DNA of 64,000 bases from Setoptus koraiensis (lineage: Eukaryota; Animalia; Arthropoda), in assembly GCA_048013815.1 (NCBI GenBank), contig CM106586.1:1922001-1986000 (forward strand). Reading direction: 5' to 3'. Under the pieces are notes generated by a model that was not told where the DNA came from, ran no database searches, and saw only the letters and a program-made list of their open reading frames with translations. Shown piece after piece: positions 48,545 to 60,700 of the stretch; the stretch's first letter is position 1, and every line of letters begins with the position of its first letter. A program made the position numbers and the translations under genes.

Positions 48545-49609
48545 ATGACTACGGCCAAATTTGATTGCATTAATTTGCCCCATCCGGACTACAGGATGCA
48601 ATGTAGCCAGTTGGAATTGGACGAGAAACAATGGCAAAGAACCATGTCCAAACTGGCCATGGTGCGCTCGGTCAGAGTGATCACTATTGCGAAAAATCTC
48701 ATCCAACAGAAGAGTTCACGATTGAAGCAACACTCCAATTTCAACTATCACATCATCACAGACGTCCATCCTTTCCTATTTCTTCGTCAGGACTTTCTCA
48801 GACATTACATACACAATGGCCAGGGCATTATAGCCACCACTAGCCATTCATGCGACAATCCCTATAAGCTTACCATTTCAGCTGATGGTATTCTAACTTT
48901 GAAATTAAAAGAAGAACAGTACCACAGATGTGGCATAACCACCTCTATTAAACATAAATCTCATATCACCGGTCGCACACTGTACACCATAAACTTGGAT
49001 TTGAAAAACAAAAAAATGCTATTACCAGACATGAAACACTATCAATCTATCTTGAGCGCTCTCAAGAGACTGCCAATACTAAAAGAGATTGTGATAAGAC
49101 AAATAGACATAATTAAGCAAAATGTTGTTGATTGCTTAGGCAACTTTTTCAGGTCGGTTATTGATGAATATAATCAAGATGGATGTCTACCTAGGCCTTT
49201 ATCACAATGTGATACTTATGAGTCGGAAGTACATGATAGTATCTTGAACAGAATGCAACCTCATCCAAATATCAATCTCACTTTACATGATGAGATCTCA
49301 AATGAAATATTAGATGTCATTGATTGGATAGGTTATCAGCTACATTCTTTAGATTGCAGTAAAGAAGAAATAGGCGAAAGCTACATAGAGAACGATTTTG
49401 TTGATGTAAGCTGTGATCATCTTTCAGGATATTTCACACCGTACGATACTTGGTTTTTGTTGAGAGAAGAGCTCAAACTTCCTCCCAATGTTGACATGAA
49501 AATTGTAATATTCCAATGTGATAAGTTACTTTTTTTCCTTACTTCATCTACTTCACTATCTCTAAGATGTATATCATGGCAGGAGAATAAAGAAGAATTA
49601 GTTGACTAA
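48545..49609 (+). CDS. Unidentified intronless protein, about 354 aa
   Basis: Stop-free 1065-nt ORF of complex (non-repetitive) composition in AT-rich DNA, with AATAAA at 49671. No family recognised. Confidence 0.65.
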   Translation: MTTAKFDCINLPHPDYRMQCSQLELDEKQWQRTMSKLAMVRSVRVITIAKNLIQQKSSRLKQHSNFNYHIITDVHPFLFLRQDFLRHYIHNGQGIIATTSHSCDNPYKLTISADGILTLKLKEEQYHRCGITTSIKHKSHITGRTLYTINLDLKNKKMLLPDMKHYQSILSALKRLPILKEIVIRQIDIIKQNVVDCLGNFFRSVIDEYNQDGCLPRPLSQCDTYESEVHDSILNRMQPHPNINLTLHDEISNEILDVIDWIGYQLHSLDCSKEEIGESYIENDFVDVSCDHLSGYFTPYDTWFLLREELKLPPNVDMKIVIFQCDKLLFFLTSSTSLSLRCISWQENKEELVD

Positions 49610-50725
49610 GCATAAAATGCAGTTTACATTAATCTAATGGCACTCATTAGTTATATTATACTTCGCAGCTAATAAATAACAAATAGGGGAAAAGCGAAAC
49701 CTTAGTCGTAGTGGCTGGAATAGCCGCTTGCGGATCTTTTCTCGCAGTTGTTTCGCGAAGAAACACACTCGTAAACAACGTTTAGACGGGATCTGATTAC
49801 ACTGCGTCTTGGCGGCTGGTCAAACGAAGCGCAAAGCGACACGACTAGACGATAACAAAACAAATCATCGTTCGTTTCAAGACATGACATGTGTGAGCAA
49901 TAATCAATGTCGATATTTGAAATTGTGGCCAGGAATGGCAATTGTGGTGGTTATAAATAGCACGCCAATGCTTGCTATTGTAGGCGCTCACTATTCATGG
50001 GCCATTATTATTATTATTATTATCATTATTATTACTATTCACAGACCAGAGAAAAAACAGTGAGATATAACACAATTAGCAGCTACAACAATGTATGTTG
50101 TGTAGTATAGTCTCAATTGAATTGACTTATCTAGACATCTTTCTACACGCCCATCTAGTTGATAAATCAGACAGGTAGAACAGACTGACTAGGTAGATCG
50201 GCTCGTTTGGTTCGTGCTAACTCAAGACAGGTGGAGGTGCCATATGCGAAGGGAATTGAATGAAAGGAAACTTGTTTGGATACCCTCGTTGTCCCTCATG
50301 GACGTGATGCCGCTCGGGCTAGACCCGCCCCCGCGACCCGAGTATCTCCAGTGAGTGCCGCAAAAAAATGGAACTAGTCAGTTGCGCAACAAAATCAGCA
50401 ACAACAACAGTCAACAAGTGGGACAACATGTATCTTCGCGTCCATTGTAGTCCTTTGCTGTTGATGTTACCTAACTTATTTTGTGAGACGCGTCTGCAGT
50501 ATGTGGCTTTTGGAGCTGCATTATGACTTCATCATAGTATTAGCAACTATTTGTAATGCAGTTGACATTTGTTTATTTTTAGTACATGCCAACAACAATA
50601 ATAGATAGACTATAAAGATAAGTACTGCTATTACATTGATATCATCGTTAGAATCATTATTGACAAGGGGAACTCAGAGGACAGATTGCAAAAAACGCAC
50701 TTCACAAGATTGATACCCGGACAAC

Positions 50726-52029
50726 ATGGAGCTGGTAGACTATGTGGCCATCGCGGCCCTCATTTGTACATACGGCAGTTTTCTATCCGGGGCGTGAGTA
50801 ATCTTACCTATGGACACAAATTAACTACATTTAAATCACCTGGAGTGTCGCTTTTTGGCACCACATTCTGAGAGAGAGAGAGAGAAAAGAGAGTTTCAAA
50901 ATATAGCTCGATGTTGGTGAATTCATTACAGATAAAGAAGGATAATTTGTCAGGAAATATCTGTTGGCCGGATTTTATTGTAGATAATGGGATGATAATG
51001 GGAGCGAAGCCGAGCATTACGACATTTTGAAGCAGCGACATTCCAGGATTTTTTACTGTATGCGATACATTTAAACTAATTACTAACCTAATTCTCTGAA
51101 ATTTATCATCGCTTCTCTATTCAGACAAATCTGCGCCAGGATCTATAAGCAAAAATCCTCCGACAAAATATCACATGTTCCTTTCTTCGCTGGCCTCATT
51201 TGGTAAGCCTCCACTCAATTAATTTAATACAATCAATATGTATTTTTCACATTTATATTGCAATCATAGTAACCCGTTCTGTATTTCATGTCACATCCCT
51301 GGGTGTCCTTGCAAATAGTTTGACAATGTGGCTCCGATATGGTTTCCTCTTTATGGACTGGACCATGATCACAGTGAACTCAGTAGGACTAGTCTGCCAA
51401 CTTGTCTACATCATATTCTTTCTTGTATATTCCAGCAGACAGGTGGGCATTCTATGAACAAGATTCTTCATTCGGCTTCACACTAGTTGATTCGATCATT
51501 AACCTCCACTACCAATTTTCAATCTATTACAGGCCTCCCTGGCTAAGCAACTAGCATTTGTGCTGATATTTACCTCAAGTTTACTCTGGATCATTGACCA
51601 TTACAATGATCCAGTTTTCATCAACGGAATCTTTGCGTATGTGAACTGTCAATATATTTAGTACTTTTACAACTCAAACAATCGACCGACGAAACTCACT
51701 GATCTAATACCGATTTCTTATATCTATATTTACATATATATATATGTAGTACCACGTTCAGCTTGATAGCTTGTGCATCACCACTCGCCGCCATTCAGGA
51801 CGTCATCAGGACGAGAACCGTTGCCGCATTGCCATTTCCAATTATCGTATCATCTTTTATTGTTTCATCTCTTTGGCTTGCCTACGGTTATCTCGTCGAG
51901 GATTCCTTTTTACAATTCTCCAATGCAGTAGCGACTTGTATCTCTGGATCGCAATTACTATTATTTGCCATATACCCCTCAGCACCTTCTTATACGAAGC
52001 TCAAAACAAAACGCACAGTAAGTATCTAG
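50726..52029 (+). CDS. SLC50A1: SWEET/MtN3 sugar transporter (SLC50A1); exons 50726-50793, 51125-51202, 51319-51442, 51533-51636, 51750-52029
   Basis: Seven hydrophobic segments; FLSG..IC..I, PFF.G, W..YG, ITVNSVG, ASPLAAI..VIRT......LPFPII, LWL.YG.L..D. Four in-phase GT-AG introns. A GTAAGT at 52018 may add a tiny last exon. Confidence 0.92.
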
Positions 52030-55000
52030 ATTGACAGTATGAGGCTCGCAAACTCATTTAGATGAATCATTCGCTTTCAATTTTTATCACCACTGATTGT
52101 ACAAATCAGTTCGCATAGAAAAAATCAGTTCAAGTGTATATAGAAGCATGAATATCCAACCAATCTCACAAACGAATCTTTCACTATCACAAATGCCTGC
52201 CAATCGCAATCTTGATCTCAAACAAACAAAAAATAGCCAGCTAAATCAAAGAATGATTAACCTTTGGACTGTCACTATTCGATCCAGGATCAAACAATTT
52301 TATCATACCTGCACCATCAACCATACCCAAACATTTCTTACGGAAATGTCAGGGTACAGTGCCCCCGCTCAATTTACTCTTACTTAAGTGGCCAAATATT
52401 GTTGAAAAGAAAAAAAAATGCGAAAAACAAAACTGTATTCTTTTCAATGAGACTGTTGCAACAGTTAATAAACACACTTTCTTAATTGAATGTTTGATCA
52501 TGCAGTTAAAATACTAACTCTATTTTATACACTAGTAACAACTAACCACCCATTAACTGAACTAAATTGTTCATTTACATACATCTAACTTGGTGTGCAA
52601 GCACCACCACTAATCTAACTATTAAATATTAACTGCATGTTAAACTATCATTACAATCATCTTTATCGATTGATCTCAAAATCAACGAAAACAAATCAAT
52701 GAAAGGATCTCACCAACTTGGTCTCAGAAAAAAGGTTCAATCAAACATATAAGATTGATCAAAAGTACAAACCATCCAGCATATTATTACTATTTATGAA
52801 TATTTTAGATTATTGTTATTAGGATTTTTAATTGAAGAGGAACTTCACGCCTAGGCCTAAAAAAAAACAAATTGTGTTAGCTTTTAAATTGTTACATCCG
52901 ACCAAAAGATAAATCAACTAGAGACGAGGTGGATTACTATTTTATTGGTGGTATAGTACCATAGTCACCCCTTTCGTTGATGTTACAAAGCTCAAATTAC
53001 ATTCGTTTGGAAAGAATCAAATTTGAGAGTATGTTACAGATTGCTAACTCTCTAGTCCGCCAATGAAGGGAATTAACCGAAATAGTAATCGGAATAACTC
53101 TCAATAGATATTGGCAACAACGACAACAACTTTTACTAGCCGTGTTTAGTCACGTAGCATTTGTACTATTTGCACAGCACAGATATTCCTATACAACTAG
53201 TCAGAACCCTGGACAAGGCTTGTTTGTTCTTTCGTCACAAGGGTTTCATCGCAACATTGAAAGCTATGACTGAATTTTAAAGGAAAAAAAAATATTAAAT
53301 TAATTACCAATATGGATTACTTTCTTTGTCGTCAGGTTGTAATTGAGATCGTTGACTGTAATTCTAATTGTAGTTTCAATTGTTTTGTTACATGAATGAG
53401 TCGGGAATCCTTCAGCAGGTGACCACTATTGTTAAATTGTGTAAGCATGCTGATGGCATTAAAATGATAAAAATCTCATTTAACGCCTAGTGTTTGCTGT
53501 ATCCGAATTCCAGGGCATCGCGACTAGTTGCCAAGATGATAAACAGTTAGAAGATATGAGAAGTATCTACTTTTGTTCTTTCTACTTTTCTCTCTTCTAC
53601 GCTTGTGAACGTTGCCATCATTATTGCTCATCACAGTTAGACCGATTCACGATTGATCAAGTAATGGTGATCGGCCGCCATTTAGATAATGTTTTCCGTA
53701 TGTGTTTGGTAGGTATTTTTGCCACGGTAAAGGAAATTTGTGTCTGGGGAACAACTCCTCCAACTCGCTTCAGCTCTATTTATTCCCTATACATTGGCAG
53801 TTTTGCCAGGAATGTAACGTATTTTGACGAATTAAAACTAATCGATGTGGTCATAGTTGAGAGCGTTACATCTAGATGAGATCTCCATCATTTTGAATCA
53901 TCATCGTCGACTTGATCAGCTCTCATTTAGTTTGCGTTTTAGCAGCAACAGTTTTCTGTTGCTGTGAGAAACGAGTGAGCGATGTTATATTCACAAGTAA
54001 ACTTTTATTTTCCACTGTAGCTACCCACTCTTTGGTAATCGATTGATGGTTGAGCCATGAAGCTTGGTGCTAATAATGTTCCATTGGTCAGTCGGTCAAC
54101 TTATGATCGATGCCAAGAATTCATGGATAGAGGCGATGCTCGATGAATATAAATGAGACTGAAAGAAAGAAGATTACTGCTGAAAAATAATTCTATTATT
54201 ATTACAACCACTAATATCACATTAGTGCATTAGACAGCAGCAACGCAAAAGATTGAGATAAAATAAATGCATTCGTCACCAATCAGCTTGACGCTTTATC
54301 AAGGCAGGTCGTTGTCAGTTGTGCATGTAATTATGACAAGTCATGTCTAATAATGGGACAGGTCCGTTATAATTTATTTTTTCTGTGCTAGTATCAGGCA
54401 GGTTATGATAAGCAGATACAGATGTTCTAACTCTATCGTCCGGTGATCTAATAAGATCCACATTGTCAGGTTTGATGTTTGGTTGGTGCAAATGTGACCT
54501 GATGCCGCTCTCCGGGACCTCTTTTGATGGTATTTCGCCTCTGCCACGACCAGTCATTGTTGGATATTATCGGGGTTTGTATCGGTTGTTGTTGCCTATT
54601 TTAATGTTGCTTATTTTGATGTTGCTTATATTACGGCTATTTGCACATTTATTTTCTTCTAGTAACTTTATTTTATTTCTAGCTACTTGATTGAGATGTT
54701 GCTTCTTGCTAGTGTGAATTACGACCGACTTGTGGCTGAAAACAATTCAAGTCTCGTCAAAAAAATATTTGCTACGTATTGTTGCATCTCTTCTTGAATA
54801 TCAACGGCCACCTGCTCATCTCGTATTAGTTGCAGTTGCAAACTACATTGAAAGAACCCACGACTGTAGGGAGGACAAGTATTACGAATGGTGCACGAAA
54901 CTGTAGTGACAGTTTCAACATCCACAAAGAGGGAAGAGCTTTTTTTATGATTGTCACTGATTTTACTGGCATCAAAACATCAAGAAACGGTGTCTTGTTT

Positions 55001-56064
55001 AGGTATCAAACTTGACAATTCGGTCAGTCTAGTGGACACATGTTTACAACAAGTAACCTCAATAGTAGCCAAGCATTGGAAACTGGACGACGGAAACTCA
55101 TACACAACTGATAGTTTAGTGGTCAGATAACTGACAACAACATGACAACATAGAGAGATTATTGTGTTTGGTAGTTTGTGTTAAAGCCTTGCGGCCATTG
55201 CACACACCAAAAGTAGCTCATGTGGCTAGAAAAAGTCTGGCTGGATATGGTGGTGACGATGAAGAGAGAACTAGATCATCATATTATGATTATACTTTGC
55301 TTATGTAATGTTGTCTTGTTGATCGGCTCTGATGGTGTTGTCATTAGAAAAGCGTTCAGCTTCAATTTGCAAGTTGAGTAGGGTCGTCATTTGAGCGAAG
55401 CATTAATAGAGGCAAAATATGAAGTTAGCGCACCACGCTAATATACATAAATGTACAGTTATGGCAAATACAAACAACCACTATATGTATGCGTAGCGTA
55501 TAAATATAGCCCGCACTAAGTTAACGGCACCTAGACAGTGGAAATTAGTGGCCAACTAAAACACGACGACAAATCAATTATCCTCATTGTGGTGCGCTAA
55601 TGATTCAGGCATGGCTGGCACCTACACAAAAACAATTGCCAACCAACGAGGCTGCTCGATGGTAACTAAAGACAGACAGTCTAGAGACAGAGGCAGAGAG
55701 ACGGTCATAATTCTTGTAATTATCGTTGTTACAAGTGAGTGTTTAGTCTTAGAGAAAGGCGCCATGATTCATTTCATCCCTCACCAACAATTATTTACTT
55801 GGACGAATGCTTAGCTGGCGAACATTGAGAATAGAGCAAAACCAGTGAGTTACATCATTGTGAGACTGTGTGTAAATTTGGTCTCATCTTCCTCTCACTC
55901 TCGTTCACTCGTGTAATGTCTGACAGGTTCCTGGGACCTCATCGTTGGTATCAGATAAACTGAACGTGGAAACACAAGGTGAGCTAACCACTGTCTACCA
56001 TATATCATACAGATTACCAAGTTTTCATACTGATTCATGATTCTGAAACTCGTATCGATTATCT

Positions 56065-56676
56065 GTGCATTTCGATCCACCTGCATTCAAACCTAAATTC
56101 TTGCGGACTATCCCACAACTGGTCGTAAGAACTCTAGCCCAATATATTCAGAATGGAAAGATTGTCTCTTTAAAGTTTGGATGCATTTTCCGGTCCTCTT
56201 GTCATTCTCATATGACAGAGGTGTTTCCGGTGTCCAGAGGTTCTGGAACAACGTATATTCGAAGGATGCGTAAGAAATTTAGACGACGTGAAAAATGTAT
56301 CGTGGATCAATACAACAACCATATTAAGCCAACGACAAAATGAAGATCAAACGATAATAGAACTATGAAAGAAGACGTTGCAGACTATGGCAGTTACAAG
56401 ACCGCTTATGCTGCATACAATCTGTGGAGAAAAGATCACGGTGACGAACCCTTATTACCTGGCTCGAATTATACTGTCGATCAGCGTTATTGGTAGTTAA
56501 TGAAAGGTGCGGCAAATGTTGGTTGTGATTTACATGATCAGATCATGAGTGACCGACATAGTCCACTTAAATGCAAAATCAACATTGGCCTATCTAACAT
56601 TCCCGAATTGAGAGCGGCACACAACTGCCCGGCCAATTCAAGGATGAATCTCGCGCTCAAATGTTCAGTCTGGTGA
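56065..56676 (+). pseudogene. Decayed neprilysin (peptidase M13) C-terminal fragment
   Basis: One frame reads KCIVDQY...*...TMKEDVADYGSYKTAYAAY.LW....G.EP.LPG.NYT.DQ.YW*...DRHSP.......LSN.PE...A.NCP.NS.MN...KCSVW*, the M13 C-terminus. In-frame TGA (56341) and TAG (56494); HEXXH not recognisable. Confidence 0.8.
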
Positions 56677-57797
56677 TTCTCATCAAGATTAAATCATTAA
56701 CAAATTTAGCTATTTGTTATTAAGAAATTTTGGAATAAATAATAGTGAACAACAACTTACAGTTTTAAATTCTAAAGATGACTGAATGCTACGATAAAAA
56801 ATTGTTGAGTGTGCTCGCTGAGTTGTTGAAAACTTCAATTCGTCAAATGTATGATATCATCTATCAATCAGTCGATTGAGTGACTCGTCTGATTAAATTT
56901 GAAAATTTTTCATCATTAGAGTTAGTGAATGTTGTCTGTCTGACGCCTCTCTACTGACTCCTTGGTATCGAGTCTCACTCATTGACTTGAGCTAAAATAA
57001 ACAGGTGCTGTCCTCGATAGTCGACTGTAACTTTTGCTCTTCATTATGACTTTGTTAAAAAAATGAGTAATGTGTCAGTAGAGTCGCAATTGATCTGTTC
57101 AATTGAAGATAATTAATCGGTCTGTTGCGGAAACTGGCCTGATTATTGTGCAGTATATTTCAGATTGATCAAACTTATCTTGTATCTTATCGATTACATT
57201 TTATAGATTGGATTGAACTTGTGAAAAATAACTGCTGCTAATAGACTAGACTGTTCCAACAAAGCTCCAACAAACTGAGGAATCAATATGTATCTACAAG
57301 TACTCATTAGTTAAAAAAACCTTATTATTTTTTCTTATCTAGTATCTTTTCTATAACAGCAAAGCCAATTGCATATTTAAGGTACAGTAAAGTGTCCCTA
57401 AACGCCATGATGATGATATTTAGTTAATTTGTATGTGCCAAATAATTAGAAAAATTATAATTGAATAATCAACCATTGTTTTTCCAATTGATTGACGCCA
57501 TACAAGTTGGACACTTTGTTATTAGTCGCTAACCATCAAGTTAGTCTTGGTTGATTTATCAATCTCGAAGTACATCTTATAGTATAAAAGGGTCAGTAGT
57601 TAACGAAATCTTTTCACAATGCTAGTTATATTGATCACATGAAAACCTACTGCCATGCTGATTGTTTGAATTTTGCTGAGAATCCACGAAGAAAGAATAC
57701 TAATTAATCAACAAGTATTCAATCTCTTCAAAATAGGATTTTTATTGATTCAACTCAATAAATTAACCAGGATTAACAGAACACACCACGAGATAAA

Positions 57798-60700
57798 ATG
57801 GTTAAAATATTGCCAAGCAAATATTTGTTCACATTGATCGCATCGAGCCTATTGATTCAATTGAGCTTTACTGATGCCCATCTCGGTTTAGCTTTAGGAG
57901 CCTTAGGAGGAGGAGTATATGGTAGGCGAACATAAACTAAATTTACTTGATGAAATTTTTAATTTTGTCCTTCCTCTGTGACGTTTCAATCGGTTTTAAT
58001 CGATTGAGCTCACAGAATCGAAATGATATTGGAATTCTACTACTTAGAGAAATAATTTGCATAGAACCCGAATGGGTTCCACCATTCATTTGGGTTACTG
58101 TATATATATGAACATATATATATATATTCATATAGGAATGCAAATTATCACGATGATGGTTGTTAATACAAACAGACAAATAACTACACACACTACATAC
58201 ACACACACACATATACGCACGCACACCTCATCAAACTATCACTATTACTACTCTCCACTAAATTTCTACTTCCTGTTGCTAACTTAATTCAAACCAAAAA
58301 CCTGATACTGTAACAACGACCTAGGCCAAGCAGCCCATACAGAGAATGTACCAGATATAGTACCTCTATCACCCTATAACAATTTATTATACTACAAGTA
58401 TTACATGCTAGATGATAGGACAATGCAGATGAATTATAATAATGAAGATAATAGTCGAAATAGTCAAAAATATAATAGTTATAATGATGATGATAATAGG
58501 GCGAAAATCAATAATAATCATCGTCCAGCTAGTCAGCAGCATAATGATAGCGGCAAAAGTAGTAGTGGTAATAGTGTGTCTATCAGACAAGATCAACCAC
58601 CATCACCATTATTTGATCGACAACAAGTTAATGGGGCCAATTCTAGTGGTGCTAATATCTCTGAAACCTTAAACGGCCCAAGTGATAGACGAAGTTATTT
58701 GGTCGATCATGGTAGTCAAATGGACAATAATGACACTACCATTCATGATAAGTCAGTGTCGTTGTTCAACGACAACAAGAGTGATATAAAATTGAAAGAA
58801 AAATTGTATCTATCATCATCTGTCACTACCATCATTGGAGGTGCCGCTGCTGCCGCCACGCCCCCGCTATCACCGACTACCATTGCGCAACCAAATAAAT
58901 TATCAATTAGTTCAATTGACAATCATGAAACTGATGACGGCAACAATGCTCAACATCAACAACAACAGCAACTACAACAACAACAACAGAATAGGAATTT
59001 GTATTATACTGTTAACGACGACAACAAACAATTGGAACAAACAGCGAAGAATGCTGCACGATCCTCTTCCTATAGAAGAGGCAAAAGATCAATCAGTAGT
59101 AGTACCAGTAGTAGTAGTAGTAGTAGTAGTAGCACCAGTAGTAGCAATAGCAACAACGACAACAATCAACAACCGACAAGGCGAAACAACAGATTGTTGC
59201 GCAATAATAAATCACCGTTGTCACCAATTAACCTATTGAATGATCAACAACAATCGTCAATCTATCAACGGATGGGCATAATCAATAGTAATCCGTATAG
59301 TGATTTTGTGGCCGATTTAACAGCAGCATCACCAATGGCGGCTACACAGGCAACTATAAGGGCAGCGGTATTAGCATCTAGAAAGGCACCTAAAACTGTC
59401 GATATCAAAATTAGGCCTGGTCATATGATTAACAATCATCAACCATTTATAACTGCCAGCCATTCTTCCGGTAGCAGCAATAGTAATAATGGTGGTGATA
59501 ACGGTGATAACAACAACAATCCCGTTTCCGGTCACTACTACTTAAATAAGCCAAAAAACAATAATAACAGATTTAGTAGATTAGATACACCACAACAAGC
59601 CTTAATTAATCGTCGTTATAAACATAATCGTCAACAGTATTCATTACCGATCTTGAATCGGTTTTGGCCATTCAAAAACTACGATCATATTAGCAGATAC
59701 TTATTGCCAGCAAAATTTATTAATCAACAACAGCAACAGCAACAACCAACAAACAACAACAACAACAATATTATGATGATGGCGGGTAGTCGGGGGGTAC
59801 CTACAAGGTTGGGAGGCGTGGTAAGCGGCGGCGGCAGTCATAAGCTACCTCCGTCAATAATGCGGGTTGCAGCGACGCCGTTGCCATTGCCGTTGCACGT
59901 ACCCTTACCACAGCAGCAAATACCCACCAACACCCTTGACAATAGTGGACCATCTAATAATGTTGTTGTTGTTGAGTCACTCTCACGCCCACCACTTTCA
60001 CAAATACCACAATATACACCAATACCTCTATCACCCGCCTATCGATTTTTCACTTCCGTTCCACCTGCTACTAACAATGCGATCAAACCGCAACCTTTAC
60101 CACTAACAAATACGGGCCCCGTGAGGCCAAGCTATCTATCTACAAATGACAACCCATTGCAAGACACAATTTTAGCTAATCAGTTACCAGTTTATCAACC
60201 TTTAAATTATTATCCTAGCAGTGAAACAATCAATATTAACAATGTTAATAGTATAGATTTAGAAGGCTTGCCGCAAGCTAAACAAAAGCAATATACTTCA
60301 CCGGAGCGCACTCTGACATCGAATGCTCCATCCGGAGTTAATGTGCTGCCACTAGAGCAGAATAGTCCTATAATTAGCTTCGAAACTAATGATTTAGCCC
60401 CAGATTTATCGAGTTTGCCGATTGAGACACCTGCGTCACAGCCACTGATTGGTCCACTGCCGCCACAATATTGGCGATGGTGGGCACCGGAAACAGCTCC
60501 TTTAATGCCATCAGTGACACCATTGTTGGCCGCATCAAGGATGCTTGATGAGCTTCCGGAAGTACCCCATCTTGCAGCGACAAACGTGGAGCCCAGTGGG
60601 TCACTTAGTGGGCAGGCCAATTCAGCCATTAAGCCATTGACTGTGGCTAGTGATCTGAATATGGCCAAGTCGAACGTGATTGAGCCTGTGGCCCGACCAT

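Noticed and set aside
50200-50400. GC-rich stretch with an Sm-like ATTTTTTTG on the minus strand, as a possible snRNA or RNase P/MRP RNA
   Set aside because: No conserved snRNA 5' motifs or RNase P/MRP CR-I and CR-V elements found; more likely the SWEET promoter region.
41097-52029. Hexokinase and SWEET within 10 kb as a sugar-utilisation cluster
   Set aside because: Opposite strands, separated by unrelated genes, no shared sequence seen; expected by chance in a gene-dense genome.
52400-55900. Coding-looking fragments on the minus strand (53500-54950)
   Set aside because: All frames are interrupted by stops and no homology was recognisable; at most an unidentifiable decayed sequence.
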